Origin: Flavobacteriaceae bacterium
GTDB lineage: Bacteria > Bacteroidota > Bacteroidia > Chitinophagales > UBA8649
DNA length: 59,957 nucleotides
Direction of reading: 5' to 3'
Assembly (NCBI GenBank): GCA_047621945.1
Contig: JBLHMK010000002.1
Coordinates: forward strand, 1 to 59,957
Shown: piece after piece, positions 19,992-29,060 of the stretch
Layout of the letters: the number at the start of each line of letters is the position of its first letter
How positions within the stretch are numbered: the first letter of the stretch is position 1
Notes under the pieces: model-generated
Database searches by the model: none
What the model was told of the DNA's origin: nothing
What the model saw: only the letters and a program-made list of their open reading frames with translations
Position numbers and translations under genes: made by a program

Positions 19992-22385
19992 ATGAAAATA
20001 TCTTATAATTGGTTGAAAGAACTATTAGACTTCAATCAATCACCTACTGAATTAGCTGAGATACTTACTAATACCGGCTTAGAAGTTGAACATGTAGAGC
20101 CTTTCAGTTCTATTAAAGGCGGCTTAAAAGGCTTAGTTGTTGGAGAAGTTCTAACTAAAGAAAAGCATTCAAATGCCGACAAGTTATCTGTTGCCCAAGT
20201 GGATGTTGGTTTGGATGCTCCCTTACATATAGTATGTGGTGCTTCTAATTTGGCGCAAGGTCAAAAAGTTGTCGTTGCCACTGTGGGAACAACTATTCAT
20301 CCAACTAATGGTGAAGGCTTTACTATCAAAAAAGCTAAGCTAAGAGGAGAACTTTCGGAGGGAATGATATGCGCTGAAGACGAAATTGGATTAGGTTCTT
20401 GCCATGAAGGAATCATGGTATTAGATTCGGATTTAAGTGTTGGTATGCCTCTAGCTGAATTATACAATATAGATGAAGATTTTGTATTTGAAATTGGTTT
20501 AACGCCCAACAGAACTGATGCGATGAGCCATATTGGTGTAGCAAAAGATATCGCTGCAGCCCTAAATGTCTTTAATGAACCCCATGTCTCTGTTAATTGG
20601 CCTGAGGTAAAAGTAACGTCTAGCGGGAATTCAACCGAAGTAAAAATTAAAATTGAGAATACGGAAGCCTGCCCAAGGTATTCAGGGGTAGTTTTAGATA
20701 GCTTGGTAATCAAAGAATCTCCAACTTGGTTGAAGAATAAATTATTGGCAGTTGGTGTAAGACCTATTAACAATGTAGTAGATATCACGAACTATGTGTT
20801 AAAAGAATATGGCCAAGCTTTGCATGCTTTTGATTTGAAGGCAGTAAAAGGTAATGAAGTCATTGTAAAAACTTTAAAAGAAGGAAGTTTATTTACGACT
20901 CTCGATCAGCTTGAAAGAAAATTGTATGCAGAAGATTTAATGATTTGCAATTCTTCAAATCCAATGTGTATGGCAGGAGTTTTTGGCGGTGAGCACGCTG
21001 GTGTTACAGACCAAACTAAAGCTATATTTTTAGAAAGCGCTTATTTTGATGCTGCATATATTAGAAGAACATCTACTCGTCATGGATTGAGAACGGATGC
21101 TGCTCAACGATATGAAAAAGGCGCAGACCCCTCTATTACAGTTGATGCCTTAAAACGAGCTGTACAATTATTGGAAGAACTTGCCGATGCAAAAGTGGCT
21201 AGCAACTGGTATGATTTATACCCAAATGAAGTAGCGAAACAAGAAATTGAACTCCGACTCAGCAAACTAAACTCTTTATCTGGGCATGATTTTGAATTGA
21301 ATCAGGTCAAGCAAATTTTGAAGGATTTAGATTTTGAGATTATCAAAGAGAATGAAGGGAGTTTAAGTTTATTAAGCCCGTTGTCAAGAGCCGATGTTCT
21401 AAGAGAAGCAGACGTAATTGAAGAAGTAATGCGAATTTATGGATTTAATAACATTGCCCCTCCTTCCATAGTCAAATCCACTTTATCTTTCCAAGATGGA
21501 GTTGATGAGCATTCTACTAAAGAAAATATTTCTCATGTTTTAAATGGATTTGGGTTTTCTGAAATCATGACTAATTCTATTAGTCAATCTAAATACTATC
21601 CTGAAGGCGGAAAATTAGTCATGCTCCAAAACAGCATGACTTCAGAGCTTGATAGCATGAGAGCTTCGCTAATCCCTGAAGCATTGAATGTATTGCGTCA
21701 TAATATTAACCGAAAGAAGATTAATCTAAAGTTTTATGAATTTGGACACACTTACAATTTTGACCACAGTCAGGAGGCATTTTTAGCTATCTACTACACA
21801 GGAGAAGTTTTAGAGAACAATTGGATCGCTAAAAAGCAAGCCGCATCCATTTTTCATCTAAAAGGTATCGTTGAAGCTTTGTTTAAAAATTTGAAGTTTG
21901 GTAAACTAAAGATTAAAACTAGTGATGACCAGATTCAGATATATACGAAAAAGATTCTTCTAGCAGAGCTTAAAGAAGTTTCAGCAAAGCAGCTTGACTC
22001 CTTTGAAATTGACCAAAAGGTATTCACCGCAATATTGCATTGGGATAAAATTATAAGCAGCTTAAATAGGCAAAAAATTCGTTTTCAAGAAATTACTAAG
22101 TTTCCTGCGGTTAGCCGCGATTTAGCGGTAATTTTAGATGATAATGTTAATTTTGAGGAAATTCGGAACCGAATTACGCAAAGTGCAGGGGTTTTATTGA
22201 AGGATATGGACTTGTTTGATGTTTTCAAAAGTGAAGAAAAGATTGGTAAAGGAAAAAAATCTTATGCACTTAATTTTAAACTTCAAGACCAAGCAAAAAC
22301 CCTGACGGATCACGAGATAGATAAAACAATGAATCACATTATCAAGACCCTTGAAAAGGATTTTGATGCTACAATAAGAAAGTAA
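19992..22385 (+). CDS. pheT: phenylalanine--tRNA ligase beta subunit
   Basis: 797 aa starting MKISYNWLKELL.... It has a tRNA-binding domain, B3/4 and B5 domains, and a C-terminal FDX-ACB domain (FPAVSRDLAV...). Confidence 0.95.
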   Translation: MKISYNWLKELLDFNQSPTELAEILTNTGLEVEHVEPFSSIKGGLKGLVVGEVLTKEKHSNADKLSVAQVDVGLDAPLHIVCGASNLAQGQKVVVATVGTTIHPTNGEGFTIKKAKLRGELSEGMICAEDEIGLGSCHEGIMVLDSDLSVGMPLAELYNIDEDFVFEIGLTPNRTDAMSHIGVAKDIAAALNVFNEPHVSVNWPEVKVTSSGNSTEVKIKIENTEACPRYSGVVLDSLVIKESPTWLKNKLLAVGVRPINNVVDITNYVLKEYGQALHAFDLKAVKGNEVIVKTLKEGSLFTTLDQLERKLYAEDLMICNSSNPMCMAGVFGGEHAGVTDQTKAIFLESAYFDAAYIRRTSTRHGLRTDAAQRYEKGADPSITVDALKRAVQLLEELADAKVASNWYDLYPNEVAKQEIELRLSKLNSLSGHDFELNQVKQILKDLDFEIIKENEGSLSLLSPLSRADVLREADVIEEVMRIYGFNNIAPPSIVKSTLSFQDGVDEHSTKENISHVLNGFGFSEIMTNSISQSKYYPEGGKLVMLQNSMTSELDSMRASLIPEALNVLRHNINRKKINLKFYEFGHTYNFDHSQEAFLAIYYTGEVLENNWIAKKQAASIFHLKGIVEALFKNLKFGKLKIKTSDDQIQIYTKKILLAELKEVSAKQLDSFEIDQKVFTAILHWDKIISSLNRQKIRFQEITKFPAVSRDLAVILDDNVNFEEIRNRITQSAGVLLKDMDLFDVFKSEEKIGKGKKSYALNFKLQDQAKTLTDHEIDKTMNHIIKTLEKDFDATIRK

Positions 22386-22681
22386 TGAGCAGTAGTGCGT
22401 CTAGATTAATAGTCATTCAGAAGCAAGTTGAAAAACTTCTTGAGAAAATTGCCTTGCTAAAAAATGAGAAAAATGATTTGAATAGTAGTAATTTAGCGTT
22501 GAAGAAAGAAATTGAATTGGAAAAAACCCTATTCGACAACTTGAATCAAAAATTACAAACGCTAAAGTTAGCGAAAAGCATCAGTGGAGATGACAAACCA
22601 CAAGAAACAACAGAGTTAAAGCGTAAGATTAACGATTATATTAAGGAAATAGACCGGTGTATAACCTTGCTTAATGGATAA
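22385..22681 (+). CDS. small coiled-coil protein (possible ZapB-like partner of ZapA)
   Basis: 98 aa, heptad-rich (LLEKIALLKNEKNDLNSSNLALKKEIELEK...). Its start overlaps the pheT stop (TAATG), and it ends 2 nt before zapA. Confidence 0.6.
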   Translation: MSSSASRLIVIQKQVEKLLEKIALLKNEKNDLNSSNLALKKEIELEKTLFDNLNQKLQTLKLAKSISGDDKPQETTELKRKINDYIKEIDRCITLLNG

Positions 22682-22683
22682 GA

Positions 22684-22977
22684 ATGAACGAAGACTCAGC
22701 AGATATTATCAATATAAATGTACTTATTGCCGATCGCCCCTACCCCTTGAAGATTAAAAAGAGTGAAGAGGAAGATGTAAGAAATGCTGCGAGAGAAATC
22801 AATGAAAAAGTTAAGCAATTTCAACAGGTGTATGCCGCCAAAGACAAACAAGATTATTTAGCCATGAGTGCTTTGATGTACGCAGTACAAAATATTGAAA
22901 ATCAAAGAAAAACAATAAGCAGTTCTGCTAATTTTGAAGAAGAACTTTCAAAACTAGAACAGACCCTCAAGCGTTAA
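22684..22977 (+). CDS. zapA: cell division protein ZapA
   Basis: 97 aa. INVLIADRPYPLKIKKSEEEDVRNAAREINEKV...YLAMSALMYA is typical ZapA. It occupies the conserved position before rny in Bacteroidota. Confidence 0.8.
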   Translation: MNEDSADIININVLIADRPYPLKIKKSEEEDVRNAAREINEKVKQFQQVYAAKDKQDYLAMSALMYAVQNIENQRKTISSSANFEEELSKLEQTLKR

Positions 22978-23044
22978 ATTATCCTGTATTCCTGATAGAT
23001 TTCGTGAACTCTTACTTTATTTTTTTAATTATAAATGAAGTGAA

Positions 23045-24640
23045 ATGAATATGATAATCACCATAGTAGCGGCAGTAATTTGCCTGATACTTGGTTTTGT
23101 AATAGGTAAAATGTTATCTAAAAGCAAAGCACAAGAAATAGATGAGGCTGCTAAGAAAGAAGCTGAACTAGTTATAAGTAAGGCTAAGTCGCAAGCAGAT
23201 ACCTTCTTTGAAAAAGCCAAGGCAAAGTCTGAGACCATTAAGCAAAGTAAGATTCTTGAAACCAAAGAAAACTTTTTACAGAAGAAAGCTAAGTTTGAAG
23301 AGGAAACCAATACGCGGAAAGAGCAGTTAAGAGAAAAAGAAATCCAATTCAAGGAAACTCAACAGTCTATCTCTAAGAAAATAGAGGAGAATTCTAGAAA
23401 AGAAAAAGAACTTGATTCACTTAAAGGTAATCTGAATGAGCAGCTAGAAGTTATGTCAATCAAGAAACAAAAGGTTGACGAACAGCATGCCGAAATTGTA
23501 AGTAAACTAGAAAAAATATCCAACTTATCTGCAGCGGATGCTAAAGAACAGCTGGTTGAAACTTTGAAAAAAGAAGCAGAAACAGATGCTATGTCGCACA
23601 TCAAACAAATCATGGATGATGCAAAGGCTAAGGCAAACAAAGAAGCTAAGAAAATTGTTATTCAGACTATTCAACGAACGGCTGCTGAGCATGCCATTGA
23701 GAATACGGTCTCTGTTTTCAACTTAGAGTCTGACGATCAAAAAGGACAAATTATTGGTAGAGAAGGACGAAACATTAGAGCTATTGAATCAGCAACGGGC
23801 TGTGAGATAGTTGTTGATGATACTCCAGAAGCAATAATCATTTCTGGGTATGATCCTATTCGAAGAGAAATTGCAAGACTATCCCTACAAAAGTTAACTG
23901 CTGATGGTAGAATACATCCAGCCCGCATTGAGGAAGTTGTTAAAAAGACAAGCAAGCAATTAAACGACCACTTAATGGAAATTGGGGAAAGAACCGTAAT
24001 TGATATGGGGATTTCTGGAATGCACCCTGAATTAGTGCGTTACGTGGGTAGAATGAGATTCCGTTCGTCATACGGTCAGAACTTGTTACAACACTCAAGA
24101 GAGACGGCTAATTTGTGCGCTACGATGGCTGCTGAATTAGGTTTAAACGTTAAGTTGGCTAAAAGAGCAGGATTACTACACGATATAGGAAAAGTTCCAG
24201 ATGAAGAGAGTGAATTATCACATGCTTTGTTAGGGATGAAACTTTGTGAAAAGTATGGTGAGCACCCAGCAGTATGTAATGCAGTTGGAGCCCATCATGA
24301 TGAAATGGAAATGAGATATGCAATATCGCCAATCATCCAATCTTGTGATGCTATTTCTGGCGCACGTCCAGGGGCTCGTCGTGAAATCATGGAAAGCTAC
24401 TTGGAAAGAATCAAGGAACTTGAAACACTTGCCATGGAATATGATGGTGTAGATAAAGCATACGCTATACAAGCGGGTAGAGAATTGAGAGTTATTGTTG
24501 AAAGCGGAAAAGTTGACGACAAACGATCGGAAGAATTGTCATTCGAAATTTCTAAAAAAATTGAAGAAGACATGACTTACCCAGGTCAAGTTAAAGTAAC
24601 TGTGATTAGAGAAATGAGATCAGTATCTGTAGCCCGTTAA
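23045..24640 (+). CDS. rny: ribonuclease Y
   Basis: 531 aa with an N-terminal TM helix, a long coiled coil, a KH domain ([12 protein letters not shown]) and an HD domain (LLHDIGK...GAHH). Confidence 0.95.
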   Translation: MNMIITIVAAVICLILGFVIGKMLSKSKAQEIDEAAKKEAELVISKAKSQADTFFEKAKAKSETIKQSKILETKENFLQKKAKFEEETNTRKEQLREKEIQFKETQQSISKKIEENSRKEKELDSLKGNLNEQLEVMSIKKQKVDEQHAEIVSKLEKISNLSAADAKEQLVETLKKEAETDAMSHIKQIMDDAKAKANKEAKKIVIQTIQRTAAEHAIENTVSVFNLESDDQKGQIIGREGRNIRAIESATGCEIVVDDTPEAIIISGYDPIRREIARLSLQKLTADGRIHPARIEEVVKKTSKQLNDHLMEIGERTVIDMGISGMHPELVRYVGRMRFRSSYGQNLLQHSRETANLCATMAAELGLNVKLAKRAGLLHDIGKVPDEESELSHALLGMKLCEKYGEHPAVCNAVGAHHDEMEMRYAISPIIQSCDAISGARPGARREIMESYLERIKELETLAMEYDGVDKAYAIQAGRELRVIVESGKVDDKRSEELSFEISKKIEEDMTYPGQVKVTVIREMRSVSVAR

Positions 24641-24650
24641 GAATCGTTTT

Positions 24651-25136
24651 ATGAAGAATTTAATTTTACTTTTTGTCTTAGCCATGCTTATGGCTTCATG
24701 TAATTCGGAAACTGAAACATCGGTTGATAATTTTGTTACTGAACCAGAAGTGGCTGAAACGGTTGAATTGGTTCAGGAATCCTTATTAGATGGGATTCCT
24801 TTGACTTACATGCAATCGCTGCAGGCTCGAGCAAATGGTGTTGAAGCAACAATGTATACATCAGGAACGAGTTTCTCTATGTTTGACAAAAGCAGTGTTG
24901 TAGCATTTACAAAATTGATAAATTTAAATCCACCTAAAACGACTACGACGAATCAAATTGGACACCTTATGTTTTTACAAGATGGTGAAAACATCCTATT
25001 ATCTCATGTGTTTGATAATGGGACGGAGGTCTATATGAAAGCGGATGATAAAGAAAGCGAAGAGACTTACTATGGTATTCTTACTGGTCAAGCCGGTGAA
25101 ATGTTCACGAAGATAAAAGTAATGTCAGGAGAGTAA
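24651..25136 (+). CDS. hypothetical lipoprotein
   Basis: 161 aa with lipobox LMASC. No family recognised. It starts 10 nt after rny. Confidence 0.6.
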   Translation: MKNLILLFVLAMLMASCNSETETSVDNFVTEPEVAETVELVQESLLDGIPLTYMQSLQARANGVEATMYTSGTSFSMFDKSSVVAFTKLINLNPPKTTTTNQIGHLMFLQDGENILLSHVFDNGTEVYMKADDKESEETYYGILTGQAGEMFTKIKVMSGE

Positions 25137-25138
25137 GC

Positions 25139-26335
25139 TTACTTTTCAGCGTTTGACGCTTCTAATTTACTTGAAGGCAATACAATCATATCCATTATTA
25201 CAAATAGCCATACCACAATCACAGGAACCGCTTTTAAAGTATATGCTTGAACGAATTCTTCTCTCCACATTCTTGGAAACAAATCTGTTGGGCTTATAGT
25301 AACCAGTAAAAAACACAAGGCCATTAGCGCTATTCGCAATTTATTCTTTTGACCTACTACAAACCAAATACAAACTCCTATATAGGCTATTATATAAGAA
25401 GCAGATTCTGCTCTGTGATTAAATATCACTACCCAAATAAGAATAGAACATAAAAAGAGTATTCTGAAACTCCAATCCTTGTATTTTCTAAACTGAAGCA
25501 ATGGGATACAAAATAAGACCACTCCAAACACAACCGGAAGAGCTTTATGGACATTCAGGTTAAACCAAGTATGTAACCAACCCATTACGGAGATCCCGTA
25601 GATTTGATCATGTTCTCGCCCCAACAAGCTAAACCAACTTTTATATTGGAAGATTAACTGATGCCAATCCACTGCAAGGAGAGGCAATAGAAATAGCCCA
25701 AGCATACATACTCCTAACCATAGTGCATTTTTCAATTTACCAGGATAAAGAATAAATAGACTTAAACCAACAATAGCATATAACTTGGTATAGATTGCTA
25801 AAGAAATAAAAAAGCAGGCGAGGAATTGATTCTGTCGCTCTAGGCTAACAAAGGTGAGCACAAAGAAGGCAATCATTAGCGTATTACTTTGTTCATTCTG
25901 AGCAGTAGTAACTAATTCAAAAATACTGAGTAGCACTATCGCACCAATCCATTTTTTATCAAAATTAGGAATAGCATATAAAGCCAACAAGAGCATCAAT
26001 AAATTGGTGACATTCCATAAGCTTAGACCTAAAAAATCTGGTAAGATGGCAAAAGCACCAAATAGAATTGCGAATGTTGGACTATACTTAAAGAAATCAA
26101 AGTGTTCTTTAGGATAAGCAGCGTATAAGTCATTATATCCAATAAGATGATAAAAGGATTGCTTAAAGATTAGATAGTTGTTGTAATGGGTGTACTCTCC
26201 CCCAGCAATTGACCTCGTGCCTTCCAGCAATGCTTGAATAGAAACGCCAAGCCCAAGCAAAAGAAGCAGGACAAAAAAGAAGTTTTTAGCATTTAATATT
26301 TTATCAAGTTTTTCCATAAGAGACTTAATATACAA
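25139..26335 (-). CDS. polytopic membrane protein, GT-C-like (DUF2029/GT87-like) glycosyltransferase candidate
   Basis: 398 aa with about 10 or more predicted TM helices. The overall layout resembles DUF2029 proteins. The family assignment is tentative. Confidence 0.5.
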   Translation of the reverse strand: MYIKSLMEKLDKILNAKNFFFVLLLLLGLGVSIQALLEGTRSIAGGEYTHYNNYLIFKQSFYHLIGYNDLYAAYPKEHFDFFKYSPTFAILFGAFAILPDFLGLSLWNVTNLLMLLLALYAIPNFDKKWIGAIVLLSIFELVTTAQNEQSNTLMIAFFVLTFVSLERQNQFLACFFISLAIYTKLYAIVGLSLFILYPGKLKNALWLGVCMLGLFLLPLLAVDWHQLIFQYKSWFSLLGREHDQIYGISVMGWLHTWFNLNVHKALPVVFGVVLFCIPLLQFRKYKDWSFRILFLCSILIWVVIFNHRAESASYIIAYIGVCIWFVVGQKNKLRIALMALCFLLVTISPTDLFPRMWREEFVQAYTLKAVPVIVVWLFVIMDMIVLPSSKLEASNAEK

Positions 26336-26367
26336 TCTACAATAATTAAAACCTTGTTATCGTTTGC

Positions 26368-26402
26368 ACAAAAAAAAATGCCCCGATAAATCGAGGCATT
26401 CT
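26368..26402 (-). terminator. rho-independent terminator after the T9SS thioredoxin-like gene
   Basis: The minus strand reads AATGCCTCGATTTATCGGGGCATTTTTTTTT. This is a hairpin with one mismatch followed by a long T-run, about 20 nt after the stop at 26421. Confidence 0.75.
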
Positions 26403-26420
26403 TTAAAAATAAATTTAAAT

Positions 26421-28130
26421 CTAGTTATGACTTACTACAAATTTTCTAGTAGACATTCCATTCTCAGTTGAGATGATCATGAAGTATACTCCATTCTCTA
26501 CACTAGCAACATCAAAAGTAGTATTCACGTTTTGAGTATTAACAAATGCTTGAGATGAAATCACTTTACCATCAACTGAAACAATATTTAATTCAATATC
26601 TTGCTCTGCACCTAATTCAAATGCAACATTTAAATTTGTTGATGCAGGTACAGGAGATAAACTTAAGTCTGAAGTAAATGCAATTTCATTAATAGCAGAA
26701 GCTGTTTTATGAGAAACATTAACATCATCAACATAAAGGTTATTTCCATATGCAGAAGTTCCTACAAATCTTACTAAGATTTCTTCACCAATGAAAGCTG
26801 ACAAATCAACACTATCTCTAACCCAGTCAGCAACTGTTGGAATGAAGAAAGATTCAGTAGCTGCAGCTGTAGATAAAGTTGAACCCGCTTTATCAAAAAC
26901 GTTAGTCCATGTAGCACCACAATCAGAAGAAACTTCAATTTGTAATTTATCATTCTCAGCAATGTATTGAGCATATGCATATGAAAATTCTAAGGAAGCT
27001 TCATCAGCTGAAGCAGGAATAGCTAATTTATCAAAAACAACTGAACCTTTATCAGTAGCACTTTCATTAAAGAATAAGAACAATAAAGACTTAACTGATG
27101 CTCCGAAACCACCCAAATCTTGAGCAGGAGGAGTATTCAAATCTGATTTTCCAAAGGGTATTGGTTGGAAATCCGAACCACTATCTAAAAATACACCTGA
27201 AGGTAATACCTGAGTCGTACCATCTTCCATATCTTCAACGATTGCGTTTCCAGCTAAAGCTAAAACATCAACAGTAAATGAAACATCATTATTAGCCGTG
27301 TTGTTATCCATAGACGTAATCTCAGCTGTAATCCCTACTCCTGGAGAAAACACAACATCTGTAAAGCTTACAGTAGCTACTTGGTAGCTCGCTAAGTTTC
27401 CAGTCCAATTTTGAGTTGCTAAAACATTAGCACCTTGCTTTAATTCAATGGTAGCACTAGTTAATGCTGAAGTACCATGATTTTGCATAGTTACTGCACC
27501 ATCAAAAGAACTACAATAAGCTAACTCTTCACCACTATAACCTAATAAAGAAGGATCAATAGTAGTTGTTGCAGGACCTTCACATGCTGTAGCAATATCA
27601 TAAAAATCTGAAAGTGCGAATCCACCACCTGGTGAGCCAACAAATACTCTTGTTAATCTTTCAGGACAGATTGTATACAAAGTTGGGAAAGCTGATAATT
27701 GGTATGCGCTAGCGATAGCTGCATTATCAATGAATGGGAAAGTATGATTTCCAACCCAGTCACCGTATGAATCAGTAGCTCTATTCGCTCCACCACCATT
27801 CGTACTGTTAATTCCGTTTAATTGATCTAAACCGTTTGTTCCTTCAGATTCAATGTAAAAAATTCTCATTTCATTCGTTCCATTAGGACCGTATGTGTCA
27901 TGAAGATCTTGTAATATACCTGACTCGTGTACTGTCCAACAAGGACCGCACCATGCTGCACTTAGATCTAGAACTACAGTATAACCTGAATCAAGAAGAG
28001 CATATAAATTGTGTGTTACCCCATCAATATCCGTAGCCGTGAAGTCTGGCGCAAAAGAATTGTCGGGAAGTTGTGCTGAAGCTAGTGACAATGTGAACAT
28101 TGTAACCATAATAAGTAATATTTTTTTCAT
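26421..28130 (-). CDS. T9SS type A sorting-domain protein with N-terminal thioredoxin-like (CGPC) domain
   Basis: I prefer the start MKKILLIMVTMFTLSLASAQ (ATG at 28130). The redoxin active site is SAAWCGPCW. The C-terminus ...ENGVYFMIISTENGMSTRKFVVSHN is a typical T9SS CTD. Confidence 0.8.
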   Translation of the reverse strand: MKKILLIMVTMFTLSLASAQLPDNSFAPDFTATDIDGVTHNLYALLDSGYTVVLDLSAAWCGPCWTVHESGILQDLHDTYGPNGTNEMRIFYIESEGTNGLDQLNGINSTNGGGANRATDSYGDWVGNHTFPFIDNAAIASAYQLSAFPTLYTICPERLTRVFVGSPGGGFALSDFYDIATACEGPATTTIDPSLLGYSGEELAYCSSFDGAVTMQNHGTSALTSATIELKQGANVLATQNWTGNLASYQVATVSFTDVVFSPGVGITAEITSMDNNTANNDVSFTVDVLALAGNAIVEDMEDGTTQVLPSGVFLDSGSDFQPIPFGKSDLNTPPAQDLGGFGASVKSLLFLFFNESATDKGSVVFDKLAIPASADEASLEFSYAYAQYIAENDKLQIEVSSDCGATWTNVFDKAGSTLSTAAATESFFIPTVADWVRDSVDLSAFIGEEILVRFVGTSAYGNNLYVDDVNVSHKTASAINEIAFTSDLSLSPVPASTNLNVAFELGAEQDIELNIVSVDGKVISSQAFVNTQNVNTTFDVASVENGVYFMIISTENGMSTRKFVVSHN

Positions 28131-28207
28131 AGAATTAATGATTTGATTTAAAATTAATAGCGCTAAGTTAGAAAAAAATCTTAGATTTGTAGGAAACAAT
28201 TAATAAA

Positions 28208-28900
28208 ATGCATAAACTTTACACATTAATATTTTCACTACTTATGTTAAGTGTTGGCTGGAGTCAAACCATAGTTTCGACTAGCTCTACCTTGAACATT
28301 TCTTCGGCAGATGTTAACGCCACGGATTTATTAGTTAAGTCTTATTTAGTGAATAATTCTGGACAAGACCAAATGGCTGACTACATTTTTAATGATGGCA
28401 ATACCATTAGTTCAAATTGGGAAGTTGGATTTTGTACCGATGCAGCCTGTGATGACCCAAGTATTATAACGTCAGGTTCATTTTTAATTGCGGATGGTGA
28501 TTCAGCAGAAATTAAAATCACTCTTCTACCAATGGGGTTTAGCGATGATTTAACAGGCACTATTCAGTTTAGTTTTCCAGGATCAACAATAGATAGAGTA
28601 ACTTTAAGTTATGACTTAAAAGTAGGGACCGTGGGTATTAAAGATATTGACAGTCAGTCTTTATCTATATTCCCTAATCCAGCAAGTAACTTTATTCAAA
28701 TCAAAGGAATTGAAAACACAAATGATTTGAACTCAATTGAAGTGTACAGTATTATTGGTAAGAAAATTCTAAGTAAAGAAGTTTCTAATGTTTCCGACTT
28801 AAATGTAAATATTCAGAACTTCGAACATGGTGTTTACCTTGTAAAGTTGTTTGACAGCAAAAAGAATGTGTTCTACACAAAAACTTTTGTGAAGAAGTAA
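28208..28900 (+). CDS. T9SS type A sorting-domain protein (small secreted or surface protein)
   Basis: 230 aa with a signal peptide. The C-terminal LSIFPNPASNFIQI...GVYLVKLFDSKKNVFYTKTFVKK is a canonical T9SS CTD. Confidence 0.8.
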   Translation: MHKLYTLIFSLLMLSVGWSQTIVSTSSTLNISSADVNATDLLVKSYLVNNSGQDQMADYIFNDGNTISSNWEVGFCTDAACDDPSIITSGSFLIADGDSAEIKITLLPMGFSDDLTGTIQFSFPGSTIDRVTLSYDLKVGTVGIKDIDSQSLSIFPNPASNFIQIKGIENTNDLNSIEVYSIIGKKILSKEVSNVSDLNVNIQNFEHGVYLVKLFDSKKNVFYTKTFVKK

Positions 28901-28920
28901 TCTTCAATAAAATATAGATA

Positions 28921-28951
28921 AAAAAAGGAGCTATTGATAGCTCCTTTTTTT
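28921..28951 (+). terminator. rho-independent terminator
   Basis: AAAAAAGGAGCTAT-tg-ATAGCTCCTTTTTTT lies 20 nt after the stop at 28900. Confidence 0.85.
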
Positions 28952-29060
28952 ATACCCAATAGTCCAATTAACAATAGTCTGTTGGTAAAATAATCGTCCA
29001 TTATTACTAGATAGGTCACAGATACACGATTTTAGTGTATTAAATCGTTAAGTACCTCAA

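Noticed and set aside
20297-20788. 163-aa antisense ORF inside pheT. Similar antisense ORFs occur at 1437..1968, 15727..16393, 23029..23955, 29630..30442, 31448..31738, 56023..57495 and elsewhere.
   Set aside because: All are embedded opposite strongly supported conserved genes. They are low-complexity or Ser/Leu-rich, as expected from reading AT-rich genes in reverse, and none has a recognisable domain.
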